Assembly: GCA_963753175.1 (NCBI GenBank)
Contig: CAVWBG010000002.1
Location: forward strand, 1,047,221-1,111,220
Direction of reading: 5' to 3'
Length of the DNA stretch: 64,000 nt
From: an uncultured Alphaproteobacteria bacterium
Lineage (GTDB): Bacteria; Pseudomonadota; Alphaproteobacteria; Rhizobiales; Methyloligellaceae
How positions within the stretch are numbered: position 1 is the stretch's first letter; the number at the start of each line of letters is the position of its first letter. Under the pieces are notes generated by a model. That model was given only the letters and a program-made list of their open reading frames with translations, made no database searches and had not been told where the DNA came from. Shown here piece by piece: positions 11,772 to 22,683 of this stretch. Made by a program: the position numbers and the translations under genes.

Positions 11772-11933
11772 TCAAGCGGGGGCGACGATGGTGGCCAGGC
11801 TACCCGATTGCGGCTGCTCGATCTCACTTTCCGATTCGCCCTGCCAGACCGAGCCAACCACCAGCCACAGCAAAAACGCGCCGATGGTGAGAAGCGCGAA
11901 AATCGCGAAGATCTTGGTGTAATGCAGCGGCAT
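11772..11933 (-). CDS. 53-aa single-TM small protein
   Basis: MPLHYTKIFAIFALLTIGAFLLWLVVGSVWQGESESEIEQPQSGSLATIVAPA*; AAGGAG RBS 6 nt upstream. Confidence 0.65.
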   Translation of the reverse strand: MPLHYTKIFAIFALLTIGAFLLWLVVGSVWQGESESEIEQPQSGSLATIVAPA

Positions 11934-11997
11934 GAGCGTCTCCTTGACGAGGGGCCGCTACCACGCCTCGCGCCGGCGAAACTGTCAAGACGTGAAA

Positions 11998-12030
11998 GAG
12001 GCCCGCTTGCCGTGAAGGAAAGCGGGCCTC
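11998..12030 (-). terminator. Intrinsic terminator downstream of the RTX/Ig-like gene
   Basis: gaggcccgctt...aagcgggcctc hairpin followed by a short T run on the minus strand. Confidence 0.65.
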
Positions 12031-12054
12031 CGATCTTGCGTGACGGCGCTCGCC

Positions 12055-14292
12055 TTAGCGGAGGAAATCGCCGAGCAGATGGCTCGTCGCCGACGACCTT
12101 GATCTGGAAATCGGCCCTGCCGTCGCCATTGGTATCGCCTTCGACGAAGAAGGACGCCGACCTTTGACCACAACGTGCAGCTCGACCGGCTTTGTCAGGA
12201 AGGCATCGTCACCGATGAACTTGAAGGCCTGATTGCCGCCTCAGGGTGTTGGCGTCGATAGTCCTGAGGTCGATTTTGTCGACGCCGCTCTCGAAGTCCT
12301 TGAATCACGTCGCGGTCGCGGCACCCTTGCCGATCTCGGCCGTGGTCTTGTTGTACTCGAAAGTATCGGCTCCGGCGTCGCCGAACATCGTGTCCTTGCC
12401 CTTGCCGCCGATGATGGTGTCGTCGCCGTCGCCAGCGTGAATTTCGTCATTGCCGCCGAGGCCGAAAATGCGCTCGCTGAAGGTGTCCGTGCCGTCTAGC
12501 GCCGGGTTAGCGGCATTGACGCAGGGGGTCGATGATGTCGGGGCCCGGTGGCAGTGGTCGGAGTTGGGCCAGATCTCGACCGCATAGTTATTCGACTGAG
12601 TCGAACCCGCTGGCGCGTTACCGGCCAGATCGCTCCATGCCGGTACCGACCGTAACCACGTTGGTAGCTATCGGTGACGTTCGCGGCAGGCGTCAAAGTG
12701 GCGGTGAAAGTGTTGCCGTCCACCGTGACGAAGTTCGAGAGCGTGCCGTTGGCGGCCGATTGCGTCGGCAAGACTAAAGGACCGCGACCGCCTCGCTGAA
12801 TTGGAACGTCACCGAGGTGCGTCTCGCCGGTCTGCAGCGCGGTGTCGTCAACGGTGATGGTCAAAGTCGGCGCAGTCGTGTCGACGGGCAGAGTGTCAGC
12901 CGGATTGGCTTGCCGCTCCTGCCGAGACCGGCGTCATTGCCGGCGGTATCGCGAATGTTCGAGTTGATTGGCAAATTCAGAGAGACCACCGACAGATCGG
13001 CGCTGGTATGCCCAGCGGCCGGGGTGTAGCTGAACTTTAGGCCGGTGGTGCCACTCCCGCTGACATAGGTTGCGGTCCCGCCAGTATCTAACGTCAAAGT
13101 GGGATTTCCACCGGGGCCGCTCAGGTAAACCGTCTCGTTGAAATTGACGGTGATCTCGACAGGTTCACCGAGGGCAAGAGCGTCGTCATGGGTGCCGTAG
13201 GTCACCGAGCTGACAACAGGTCCGGTCGTATCGATGGTGACGATCAGCTCATTTACGGCTTGGTGCTTTCATTTCCAGCCTTGTCGGTGGCTGACGACGA
13301 TGTCAAGACATTGTTGCCGCCGAAATCGGGCTGGGTTCTCAAAATCAGGCGATGAATTGAATTTCACCTGACCCGTGGTATTGATGGTGACGTTATCGCT
13401 GAAAACCTGGACGAAGCTGCAGGATCGGCCATGGGGCAAAGTCCGGCGAGTTGTATAGACGACGTTCGATCGGCTGTGCGTATTGCCCGGTGCCGGAAGT
13501 GCCCAGACGGTGATCGAAGGCAGACGCCGTGTCGCGCGGTTGATGTCGTATCGAGTGAGTTCGAGCTCTGGTGCCGAGCTTCAGTCTCCGGAAGCCGCGC
13601 ACGTGATCAGGCCAGAGCCGAGCGCGACAGTGATGCGAACGTGCCCGGTTCGCCAGCGTTAGCGGTGTCGGGAGTCGAATTGGCCACTGTCGTGACGTGC
13701 TCATAGAGCGTGCGGTGGCGCCGGCTCGCCGGTGCCGGTGATGGTGAGGCCCGACGTCTGCTTGGTGAGATTATCGGTGGATAAGGTACCGCTATCGTCC
13801 GCAGCGGCGAGATCGAGGCTGCCGGGGGCTATTGGCGGCACGGTGTCGACTGTGTAGGTGCCAAGCGTGAACTGGCCGGTAGAACCCGTATCCGCGCCGG
13901 GACCGCCGCGGCTCGTCGTCATTGACAACGAATGTTGTGTTTGGCGGCAAACCAACGGGGGCGCCGGTGATTGGCCCGCGATTGCTGCTGCCTAGGCTGT
14001 TGACGAAGCCCTGGAAAATTCTGATTGGAGTGGCCGCTGAAGTCGTTCAGGTTTGCGGCGGAAATCGTGACGTCACCTCGACAGAGGACATCGTCAATGG
14101 ATTGCCGTCGCTGGTTTGCCAATAGATCGGCGAGGTGTCCAATTCGCTCGTGAAGAAGGCAATGAGGAAGCCTTCTCCGGACGTTGAGCCAGTGGTCCGC
14201 GAAATGTCGTTGATGGTTAGTCCGGCTGTGAGCTCCGTGGCATTGAGGTAGAAGTCGCCGGCGCCGCGACAATTCGCGTTATCAATAGACAT
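12055..14292 (-). CDS. Type I-secreted Ig-like/cadherin/RTX adhesin-like protein, heavily frameshifted (pseudogene or read errors)
   Basis: Fragments DTVPPIAPGSLDLAAADDSG..DNLT (Ig-like), PDFENP (cadherin-like), TATYVSGSGTTGLKFSY, GGNDEIHAGDGDDTIIGGKGKD (RTX) and EGDTNGDGRADFQIKV (serralysin-type C-terminus). Confidence 0.7.
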
Positions 14293-14436
14293 GACTTCAC
14301 TCCCTCACGCTAGAGCTCGCGGCACTGTCTTCCGCCTTTAGCCGGCCGCGGGCGTTCCACCACCTAAACTCAGGATTGGACTTTGCCACCCGTCCCGCGA
14401 GCACCGTAATGGCTCGGCTATCCCTAATCAAGCGCG

Positions 14437-14452
14437 TTAAGGCTTCATTAAC
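14437..14452. promoter_or_regulatory. CtrA-binding box
   Basis: TTAAggcttcaTTAAC, an exact TTAA-N7-TTAAC match in a divergent intergenic region. Confidence 0.65.
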
Positions 14453-14703
14453 CATCTGGCGAATTATTAATTTTTGGGCCGGAAAGTTGCCGCGACACAG
14501 CTTGACAGGCGGATCGAAAGCCGCCGCTCCGAGACACAATCCGGGGTTGATCGAATGAGGCGCAGGGCAAGCGAGCGTTTACGCTCCTTACCGGCGCGGC
14601 GATTATTTGTCTTCAATCTTCCTAAGACTGCGAGGCCCGACTTAGCGGCGCTTCCAGACCTTCCTCCGTAAGCCAGCGATGAACTTCATCGCGGGCGTTA
14701 CGT

Positions 14704-16078
14704 ATGCCGACAATTTCCATGACCGCCGAGGAGGCGGCCCAGCAACTCATCCGCAGCGGCAGTAGCTGGGGAACGACGCTCGGCGAGGGGGTGGGGCCGA
14801 TCAGCTTCGGGTTCAGGGCGACGGCACCCAGCTACAACAACCCCAGCCACGATCAGCAAGGAACCTTCTCCCAATTCGATTGCGACCTGATCGAGAAGGC
14901 AACGCTTGCCATCAATCTCTGGGCGGACGTCGCCAATATCGAGCTGGTGTGTGCGGGCGATGGCAGCGAGGGCGAGGCGCCTATACCGACGACGCCACCA
15001 TCCTGTTCGGCAATTACGACGCGCCGTTAGACGGGGCAGCGGGTTTTGCCTTTTATCCGATCCCCGATCATCAGGGCTCTGAGTGGGCGCAAGGCGATAT
15101 CTGGATCAACACCGCCTACGACGCGACGATGCCGGAGGACTACAAGTTCATGACCCTGATGCACGAGATCGGGCATGCGTTGGGACTGGAACATCCAGGG
15201 GACTACAACGCCGAGCCCGAATTTCATCATCACCTTATGCGGAGGCCGCGCTCTATGTCGAGGACAGCCGGCAATACAGCATCATGAGTTATTTCGGCTC
15301 CGAGAACACAGGGGCCAAGCATCGCGGCCACTATGCCGCCACCCCGCTGATGCACGACATCGTCGCGCTTCAGGCGCTCTACGGCGCGAATATGACGACG
15401 AGGACAGACGACACGGTCTACGGCTTCAATTCAAACGCCGACCGCTCGGTGTTCAGTCTGGAAACGCGCCAGGACAAGCCCATCTTCTGTATCTGGGATG
15501 CGGGCGGCGACGATACGCTCGATCTGTCGGGATTCCGCGACAAGCAGGTGATCAACCTCAATGCGGGAACATTCTCCAACGCCGGGGGCCTAACCTTCAA
15601 TATCTCGATTGCGCCGGGAGCTACGATCGAGAATGCGGTCGGTGGTTCCGGCAGGGACCGGATCATCGGCAATGACGCGGACAACCTCCTTGATGGCGGG
15701 GCCGGCAAGGACTGTTTGATCGGCGGCGACGGCGACGACGTTCTCCATGGAGGAAGGGGATTTGATCGGCTCACGGGCGGCGACGGCGCCGACGTTTTCG
15801 TATTCGATTTGGGCCGGCGCGGCGCAAATGTCAGAGACAGCATTGCCGATTTTTGTGCAGCGGAAGGCGACAAGATTGATCTCTCCGCCATCGATGCGAA
15901 TAGGGACGTGTATGGCGACCAGGACTTTGAGTTCGTTCGGGCGCATCAATTTAGCGCGCATGCAGGCGAGTTGCGTTGCGCCAACGGCGTCTTACAAGGG
16001 GACGTCAATGGCGACGGCAATGCCGATTTCACGGTCAAGGTCGGCACACATCTTCAGATTGTGGACTTGATCTTATAG
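14704..16078 (+). CDS. Serralysin-like M10B zinc metalloprotease with RTX repeats (frameshifts near 14975 and 15220)
   Basis: HEIGHALGLEHPG zinc motif, SIMSY Met-turn, DIVALQALYG, GGxGxD repeats and GDVNGDGNADF C-terminus. Confidence 0.9.
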
Positions 16079-16099
16079 TCCCAGTCCGGGGCAACATAG

Positions 16100-17435
16100 C
16101 GCTCAGTAATAAGACGCGGCTTGTGGCGCGGGCTCGGTGCCGCCGGGCGCTGCGGGGCCTTCGGAAATATTGGGTTCGGCCGGAGGCTTCGGCTTCGGGC
16201 GCGCTGGCGGTGTCTGCGGGTGATGCGCCGTCTCGCCGAGCCGGGGCGGGACCTTCTTCCACGGATAGCCGGCTTCCGCCATGGCTGAATCCCTTATCGA
16301 ACAAGGCCGTCATATATTTCGGATCGAAGGCGGAGGTGCTGGTGTCGGGGAAGTCTCCCGGGATGACGGCGAGATTGTAATCGGCGCCGTTCCGCTTGGA
16401 GAATTCGTAAAGCTCATAGAGATCGCCGATGCCCTGGTTCTTGATCAGGGTCGAGACGGCGCGGCCGGCGATCGAGAGCGTGCGCGCCTTGACCTACTTC
16501 CATTCCGGCGCCACGCGACCGTTGCGGATGATATAGACGCGGCGGATGGGGTTGATGCCGAGCGTTGGGTCCACTTTCGAGGCGGTGAATTGCGTCGGCA
16601 GCAGGAAGACTTCGCGGGTGGCGCCGCCGTCGACATGCATCTCGTCGTAGATGGTGCCGTCGGCGTCGACCTTGATGAAGCCCGGCGGGAACACGGCCGG
16701 GATCGCCGCCGAGGAGAGCAGAACTTTGCGGAAGAGATCGAGCGCCTCGGGCGTGCCGAGCATCGCGATCTGACCCATGTCCCAGATCACCGGGCGCTGC
16801 GGCGTCGAGATTGGTGGTGCCGATCAGGAGGCGGCGGCCTTTGCGATGCTCGGCGGCAACCTCCCTCATAAAGTCCTCGGTCACGTAGGAGGCGATGACG
16901 CCGGCGAGCGGCGCGTTGCTGGAGAGCGCATCGCCGCCGATCAGGCCTCTGACCGGTTGGGCGATGGCGATATCGGCGGTGTTCGATGTGGTGAAGACCG
17001 CTTTCAGCGCGGGGTCGTAGCGCGGCCCCAAGAAGGCGAAGGGCGCGGTCAGCGCGCCGGTGCTGACGCCGGTGACGACGTCGAACTCCGGACGCTTGCC
17101 GCTCGCGGTCCAGCCGTTCAACACGCCCGCGCCAAACGCGCCGTCGGAGCCGCCGCCGGAGATGGCGAGCATGTTGACGACCGGTCGCGCGCCCTTGGCG
17201 AGCAATCTGCGGGCCGATTGGCGCGAACTTGCGCCCATTTCTCCTTGACCATGGCGTCGGCGTTGGGCGGGAGCTGATCGCCCCAATAGCGGATCGGCGA
17301 GGAGCCCATGCCGACCACGGTCGCTTGGTTCTCCAAAGCGAGGGGAACTGGATTGCGAGGCGCGCCGGCGCAAGCCGCGAGAGTGAGCAGCATCGCGCAG
17401 CACGCAACATGGCGCCCTATGGAATACGCACCCAC
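16100..17435 (-). CDS. Patatin-like phospholipase lipoprotein (several frameshifts; 3' end approximate)
   Basis: Lipobox LAAC, oxyanion loop SGGGSDGAFGAG, GVSTG nucleophile and DGG motif. Confidence 0.85.
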
Positions 17436-17643
17436 CCCGGAACCTTCCCCAGCGCCGTCTATGCGGCAATGCCCCGCCAGAACAAGGATTTAGACTATAG
17501 GGGCGCCAACAGTGCGGCGAAACTTTATTCGAAGGCCGCTAATTTGCGAAGCTGTGCCCCTGAGGCACCACTCGGGTCAAAAACAGGTTTCGAAGCCTTG
17601 AACAAGCTCAAGAACTTAGCTCCAATGAGCGTGGGGGTGCGCC

Positions 17644-18661
17644 ATGCGTTGTGTCTCATTTTCGAGCTGGGCGAGTTGGCGCCATCTCGGCTTAGGCGCC
17701 ATTGCTGTTTGCGCCGGGGCCTTCCCACTGCAATCCACTGAAGCCGCCGAATATGGCACCGGGCCTTGGGTCAAAGGCTATAGCGATATTTTCGCCGGCG
17801 TGTTGCCGTCGGTGCCGGGCATCTATGTGCGCAACGATGCCTATCACTACGAGGGCGATGCCCAGCGGCTGATCTTCAACGGCCTGATCCAGGCCAGCGT
17901 CCAAGAAAAATACATGGCCGACATCCTCGCGATCTCGGTCGTGACACCGGCCAAGATTCTCGGCGGCACTTATGCCGTTGCCGTGGTGCCGAGCTTCGTC
18001 AGCATGGAGGTCGATGTCGGCATCGGCATCGATCCCTTCAGGCTCGGGCGGGACATCGGACCGTTCAGCCGCGGCGATATCGTCGGCCCGTTCAACTTCG
18101 ACTTCGGCGACAGCAAGATGTCGCAAGGCGACACCGTCATCGCCCCGGTCATTCTCGGCTGGGACGAGGGCAATTTCCATTGGAACGTCGCCACCTTCGT
18201 GTTCGCGCCCGACGGGCGACTACGATCGTCGCGATCTCGCCAATACCAGCCTCAATCATTGGGCGGTGATGCCCCATGTTGCGGGCACCTATTTCGATCC
18301 GAAGACCGGCTGGCAGGCTTCGGGTGCGGCGACCTACACGTTCAATTGGGAAAATCCGGCGACCGACTATGAGACCGGCGAGATCCTCAATCTCGAGGGC
18401 ACCGTCACCAAGAATTTCGGCGCGCTCGGCGTCGGCGTGGCGAGCTACGCCATGATCCAGACGACCGGCGACAGCGGCGCGGGCGCACGACTGGGCTCAT
18501 TCGAATCCCGCGTTTACGGCGTCGGTCCCATCGTCAGTTACACGCTCGGCGCCGGCACGCCGACACCGCTGACGTTGCTCGCCAAGTGGTATAAGGAATT
18601 CGACGCCGAGAACACGTTCGAGGGCGATGTGATCGACGCGGCGGCGAGCTTCAAGTTCTAA
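17644..18661 (+). CDS. SphA / MetA-pathway phenol-degradation family outer-membrane beta-barrel (frameshift near 18210)
   Basis: Signal peptide, PVILGW..GNFHW, PTGDYD, ENPATDYETG and a terminal Phe (ASFKF). Confidence 0.8.
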
Positions 18662-18685
18662 AGTCGCCGCCACGCCGAATTCTGC

Positions 18686-20111
18686 TTACTGCACCGCGAT
18701 CGGAGGAGCTCCGACCTTGATCACCGGCGGCGGATTCCATTTGCCGGTGAGCGCGTCGCTCTTCGGCGCGTAGAGCCGCATCGTCAGCGTGTAGGGTCCC
18801 TTCGGCGCGGGCAGCCAATTCGCTTCCTTGTCGGCGCCCGGGCTTTCGTTCTGGAAATAGAGATCCAGCGAGCCATCGGGATTGTAGTGGAACGGCATCC
18901 AGCTCGAGACGGCGAAGCGGTTGAGCGCGTTGGCGACCTGGAAGCCGTCATTGTCGTAGAGCGTGATCGACCAGAAGGCGTCGCACCGGCGGAGTCTGCC
19001 CCTTGTCGAAATGGATGGTGTAATTATTGGCGCCATCGAGCGGCTTGCCGGCCTCGTCGCCGAGATTGAGCGGATAGACCGCATCCTGCGGGCAGGTTGG
19101 CGCCGAGACCGAATTGAGTGACGATGGCGCGCTTGAGATAGTAATTGCCGTAGACGCCCATCGTGTCGGTGTTCATCGACCAATAATTCACGACGCGGGC
19201 GAGCGTCGGAACCTTCCATGCCATGAGCTTCTGCGCATCTTCGGGCGCAGTCTCGAGTCCCGTCTTGATGGCGGGATCGACTTTGTCGATGTCGAAGCTC
19301 TTGCCGACTTCAAAGCCGAGCTTCTTCAGCTGCGCGACGATCGGTTGGTCGGTGATGTGCGGCGGATGCAGCTTCAGCAGCTCAGCCGCGTAGGCGAAGA
19401 ACTCGCCGGCCTTCATCTTGTCGACGGCGAGCTTCGGCGGCGTCTTCATATCGATGGAGGGATCGGGTTTGAACTACGGGCGGCGATCGGCTCCTTGCCC
19501 CATTGCGACAGCGGCGTGATCTTGTAGCCGTCCTGGATCTTGTGGACCGCATCGTAGTCGGCAGGGCCGTCGGTCTTGGTGCGGCCAATGATCCAGACAT
19601 AAGGCGTCGGCGCCTTGATCTGCGTGAAATCGGCGGGAACCGTTCCGGTCCAGCCTGGAGGCGTCACCAGGAAATTTCCGGCCTGCGTTCCGGTCGTACG
19701 CCAGCCCGGAGAGGCAAACACGTCGGTCCACATGTCGAGCATGGGCAGCAGATAATAGCGACCGCCGGTGTCGGGAGCGGAGACCACCATGGGCTCCTTG
19801 GTCAGATCGAGCCACCCGCTCGAATAGAGCGTGTCGAAGTTCGGCCGGACGACAACGCGCATGTCGGCGGTGGGAAATGCCTCAATGTTGGCGAAACAAT
19901 TCATCGGGCCGCCAAGCGACCCAGGCCCAGGCTCCATGTTGGTGAGCTGCTTCCGCGTCAGGTCCATGGTGATGGGCGAATAGAAATAGAGATAGGCGTT
20001 GACGCCGATGGCATGGGCCTCATCAACGCTGATGGATTCGGCTTTCGCTGCCGGCGCGAATGTGAGCGCAACGGCAAGGCTCAAACCGAGTGTGGTCGCA
20101 AATCGATGCAT
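18686..20111 (-). CDS. DUF1254/DUF1214 periplasmic protein (several frameshifts)
   Basis: VVRPNFDTLYSSGWLDL, GRYYLLPMLDMWT, AFWSITLY and NWLPAP...LTMRLYAP. Confidence 0.88.
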
Positions 20112-20324
20112 GCGTCGCTCCTCCCTAAGTGACTGGTGCTTCGCCCACGCCCCGCTCGCAGGCGCCGGCGAGCATACGCCATTTCTTCTCTTCGTCCCAT
20201 TGGCGGGAGGTTGTGCCGTCTTGGAGCACAATGCTCCAGTCGGTAAAGCTTGTCGGCGAGTTCGACTGGTTTTTTGCGGTATTTGGTGTTGGGTCGTACC
20301 TCCTCAGTCTGGAGGGGTACAACC

Positions 20325-20790
20325 ATGTCCCGGATCGCAGGCTCAAGCTTCGGTGTCGCTTTGATTGCAGCACTTGTCTGCGGTAGTGCACTTGCCGCCA
20401 CAGGGGCCAGCAAAGATGAGGCGGTGGCGATGGTGAAGAAGGCGGTCGCCTATATCAAGTCGGAGGGACCGAAGACCGCCTATGCGGCGATCGACAATCA
20501 GTCAGGCCAGTTCGTCGATCGCGATCTCTATATCGTGGTCTACGGCATGGACGGCACGGTGCTCGCGCACGGCGCCAACAAAGTCGCGGATCGGCACCAA
20601 CCAGATCGGCGACAAGGACCCCGATGGAAAGCCATTCGTCAAAGAGCGCGTCACGCTCGCCGAGACGCAGCCGAGCTTCTGGCAGTCCTATAAGTTCATG
20701 AATCCCGTGACCAAAACGGTCGAGCCGAAGGACATGTATTGCGAGCGGCTTGAGCAAACGGTTGTTTGCGGCGGCGTCTATCAGTTCTAA
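20325..20790 (+). CDS. Stand-alone single Cache-domain periplasmic protein (frameshift near 20580)
   Basis: ASKDEAVAMVKKAVAY..FVDRDLYIVV..LAHG..KDPDGK..YKFMNP..K..YCE..VCGGVY. Confidence 0.82.
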
Positions 20791-20963
20791 GCTCCGGATG
20801 CGTGATGGTCGCGAGCCATTAAGCGCGATCCGGAAATGACGCGTGCCCGGCCAGATCGGTTGGATGTTGGAATGCGCGAACGCGTCGATCGCGTGATGCT
20901 GAACCCGCATGCGGCCGCAAAGATCGAACGCGTCGATCAGGGTAGACCGCTAGGAGGCAAACA

Positions 20964-21280
20964 ATGCGGCGCGAGGCGATTGTCGGACTATTATGCATGA
21001 CGGCGCTACTCTCGAGCGCGGCGTTGGCTCTCGAAGGCGAAGATGCCAAGGATCATCATCGCCGCGCAGCTTCGCGATCAGGGCTACGCTTGCGACAATC
21101 CGCAAAGCGCGACACGCGATGAAGATGCCTCCGGCCCAGACGCAGCCGCGTGGATCGTCGATCTGCGAAGGCGCAAGCTATCGCGTGAAGCTGATCCCCG
21201 ACATGGCGGCGAAGGTCGAGAAGATCGACGAGAAAGACAAGACGCAAGATCAGAAAGATCAAAGCGGACAGGACGACTGA
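20964..21280 (+). CDS. Small secreted two-Cys protein (frameshifted)
   Basis: AGGAGG RBS, signal peptide MRREAIVGLLCMTALLSSAALA, then IAAQLRDQGYACDNP...W...CEGASYRVKLIPDMAAKVE. Confidence 0.65.
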
Positions 21281-21691
21281 GCGTCGCGATCGGAACTGCC
21301 CCGCGAAGCCAGCAGACAAAAAAACGAGAATCGCGCCGATGGCGGCGTGGACGCCGCCGCCAATCCATAGAGCGGTGCCGCCGAGGCCTGCGGCCAATGC
21401 TCGCGCGCGCGGCCAGCGCCGCCAACACGTTGTAGAGGGTCAAGCCATAGGCGATGCCTCGGCCGCTCTCCGTCCTTAGCTCGTCGCGGGCGCGGATCGC
21501 GGCGATGCCGAGAGCGAAGGTCGCAGCACCGAGAAATTGCGCCAGCGCCACCGTTGGTGCGTTAGCTTCTGCTCCCATGCATTGACGCGATTACGGAACG
21601 CGGGGAAAAGGAAGATCGAGACGCCGAAGGCGATCTCGATGGCACCCGACACGATTACAAGCCAACGCAGCATGGATCCGCTCTTAAGCAT
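21280..21691 (-). CDS. Hypothetical membrane protein (frameshifted; end approximate)
   Basis: Four hydrophobic segments across ORF pieces; start overlaps the FGE stop. Confidence 0.55.
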
Positions 21692-22667
21692 CGGACACTC
21701 GTCTGATGCAGCGGAAGCTGACATGGCTTGTCGAGGTGTCGATCGGCTCGGCGTGGCGCGCGGCGGGACGATAGCGGCGGCAATAGTTCGGCGCGCAGAG
21801 ATGCGAGCCGCCTTTGATCACTTTGCGCGGAATTTTGATCTTGGGTTGGCAGGGATCGTAGCTCTGGTCTTCGGCTCCGCCGCGCGGATTCTCGGGGATG
21901 CAACAAGCCTTCGGCGCGTCGGCGGTGTGCTTCGTCGTGTACCAGTCGGTGGTCCATTCCCAGACATTGCCGATCATGTCGTAGAGGCCGTAACCGTTCG
22001 GCTGGTAGGTCTTGACCGGCGAGGTGCGCTCATAGCCGTCGAGTTTCAGATTTTCGTGCGGGAAATTGCCCTGCCAGGTGTTGGCCATGTATTTGCCGCC
22101 GGGGATCAAATCGTCGCCCCAGGCGAACTCGGCGCCGTCGAGGCCGCCGCGCGCGGCAAATTCCCATTCGGCTTCGGTCGGCAATTCCTTGCCGGCCCAT
22201 TTCGCGTAGGCCTCGGCGTCGGTGAAGGCGACATGCACGACGGGGTGATCGTCGAGGCCCTTGATCGAGCTGCCGGGCCCATAAGGTCTTCGCCAATCGG
22301 CGCCGAACTTGAACGTCCACCATTGGCTCCAATTGCGTAAGTCGACGGGACCCTCCGGCGGGGCGAAGACGAGGGAGCCCGCCTTCAGCATATGCGGGAG
22401 CGCGCCGGGATAATCTTTCGGGTCGGGCGCGAATCTCGGCGAAGGTGACATGACCGGTCGCCTCGACGAATTTGCGAAACTGCGCGTTGGTGACCGGCGT
22501 CGGATCGATGAAGAAGCCGCTGACCGTGACGTTGTGAGCGGGCGCTTCTTCCGGATAGTGCTTGTCCGAGCCCATGCGGAAGGTGCCGCCTTCGACGAAG
22601 ACCATGGGATCGGCTTCGCGCGCGGCCTCGCCTTCGCTTGCGCTCGCCGTTTTGTCGCTACGCCCAT
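21684..22667 (-). CDS. Formylglycine-generating enzyme (SUMF1 family; frameshift near 22435)
   Basis: HPVVHV, LPTEAEWEFAARGG, YDMIGNVWEW and KGGSHLCAPNYCRRYRPAAR. Confidence 0.93.
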   Translation of the reverse strand: MGVATKRRAQAKARPRAKPIPWSSSKAAPSAWARTSTIRKKRPLTTSRSAASSSIRRRSPTRSFANSSRRPVMSPSPRFAPDPKDYPGALPHMLKAGSLVFAPPEGPVDLRNWSQWWTFKFGADWRRPYGPGSSIKGLDDHPVVHVAFTDAEAYAKWAGKELPTEAEWEFAARGGLDGAEFAWGDDLIPGGKYMANTWQGNFPHENLKLDGYERTSPVKTYQPNGYGLYDMIGNVWEWTTDWYTTKHTADAPKACCIPENPRGGAEDQSYDPCQPKIKIPRKVIKGGSHLCAPNYCRRYRPAARHAEPIDTSTSHVSFRCIRRVSDA

Positions 22668-22683
22668 GGTACGCGCTCCAGCA

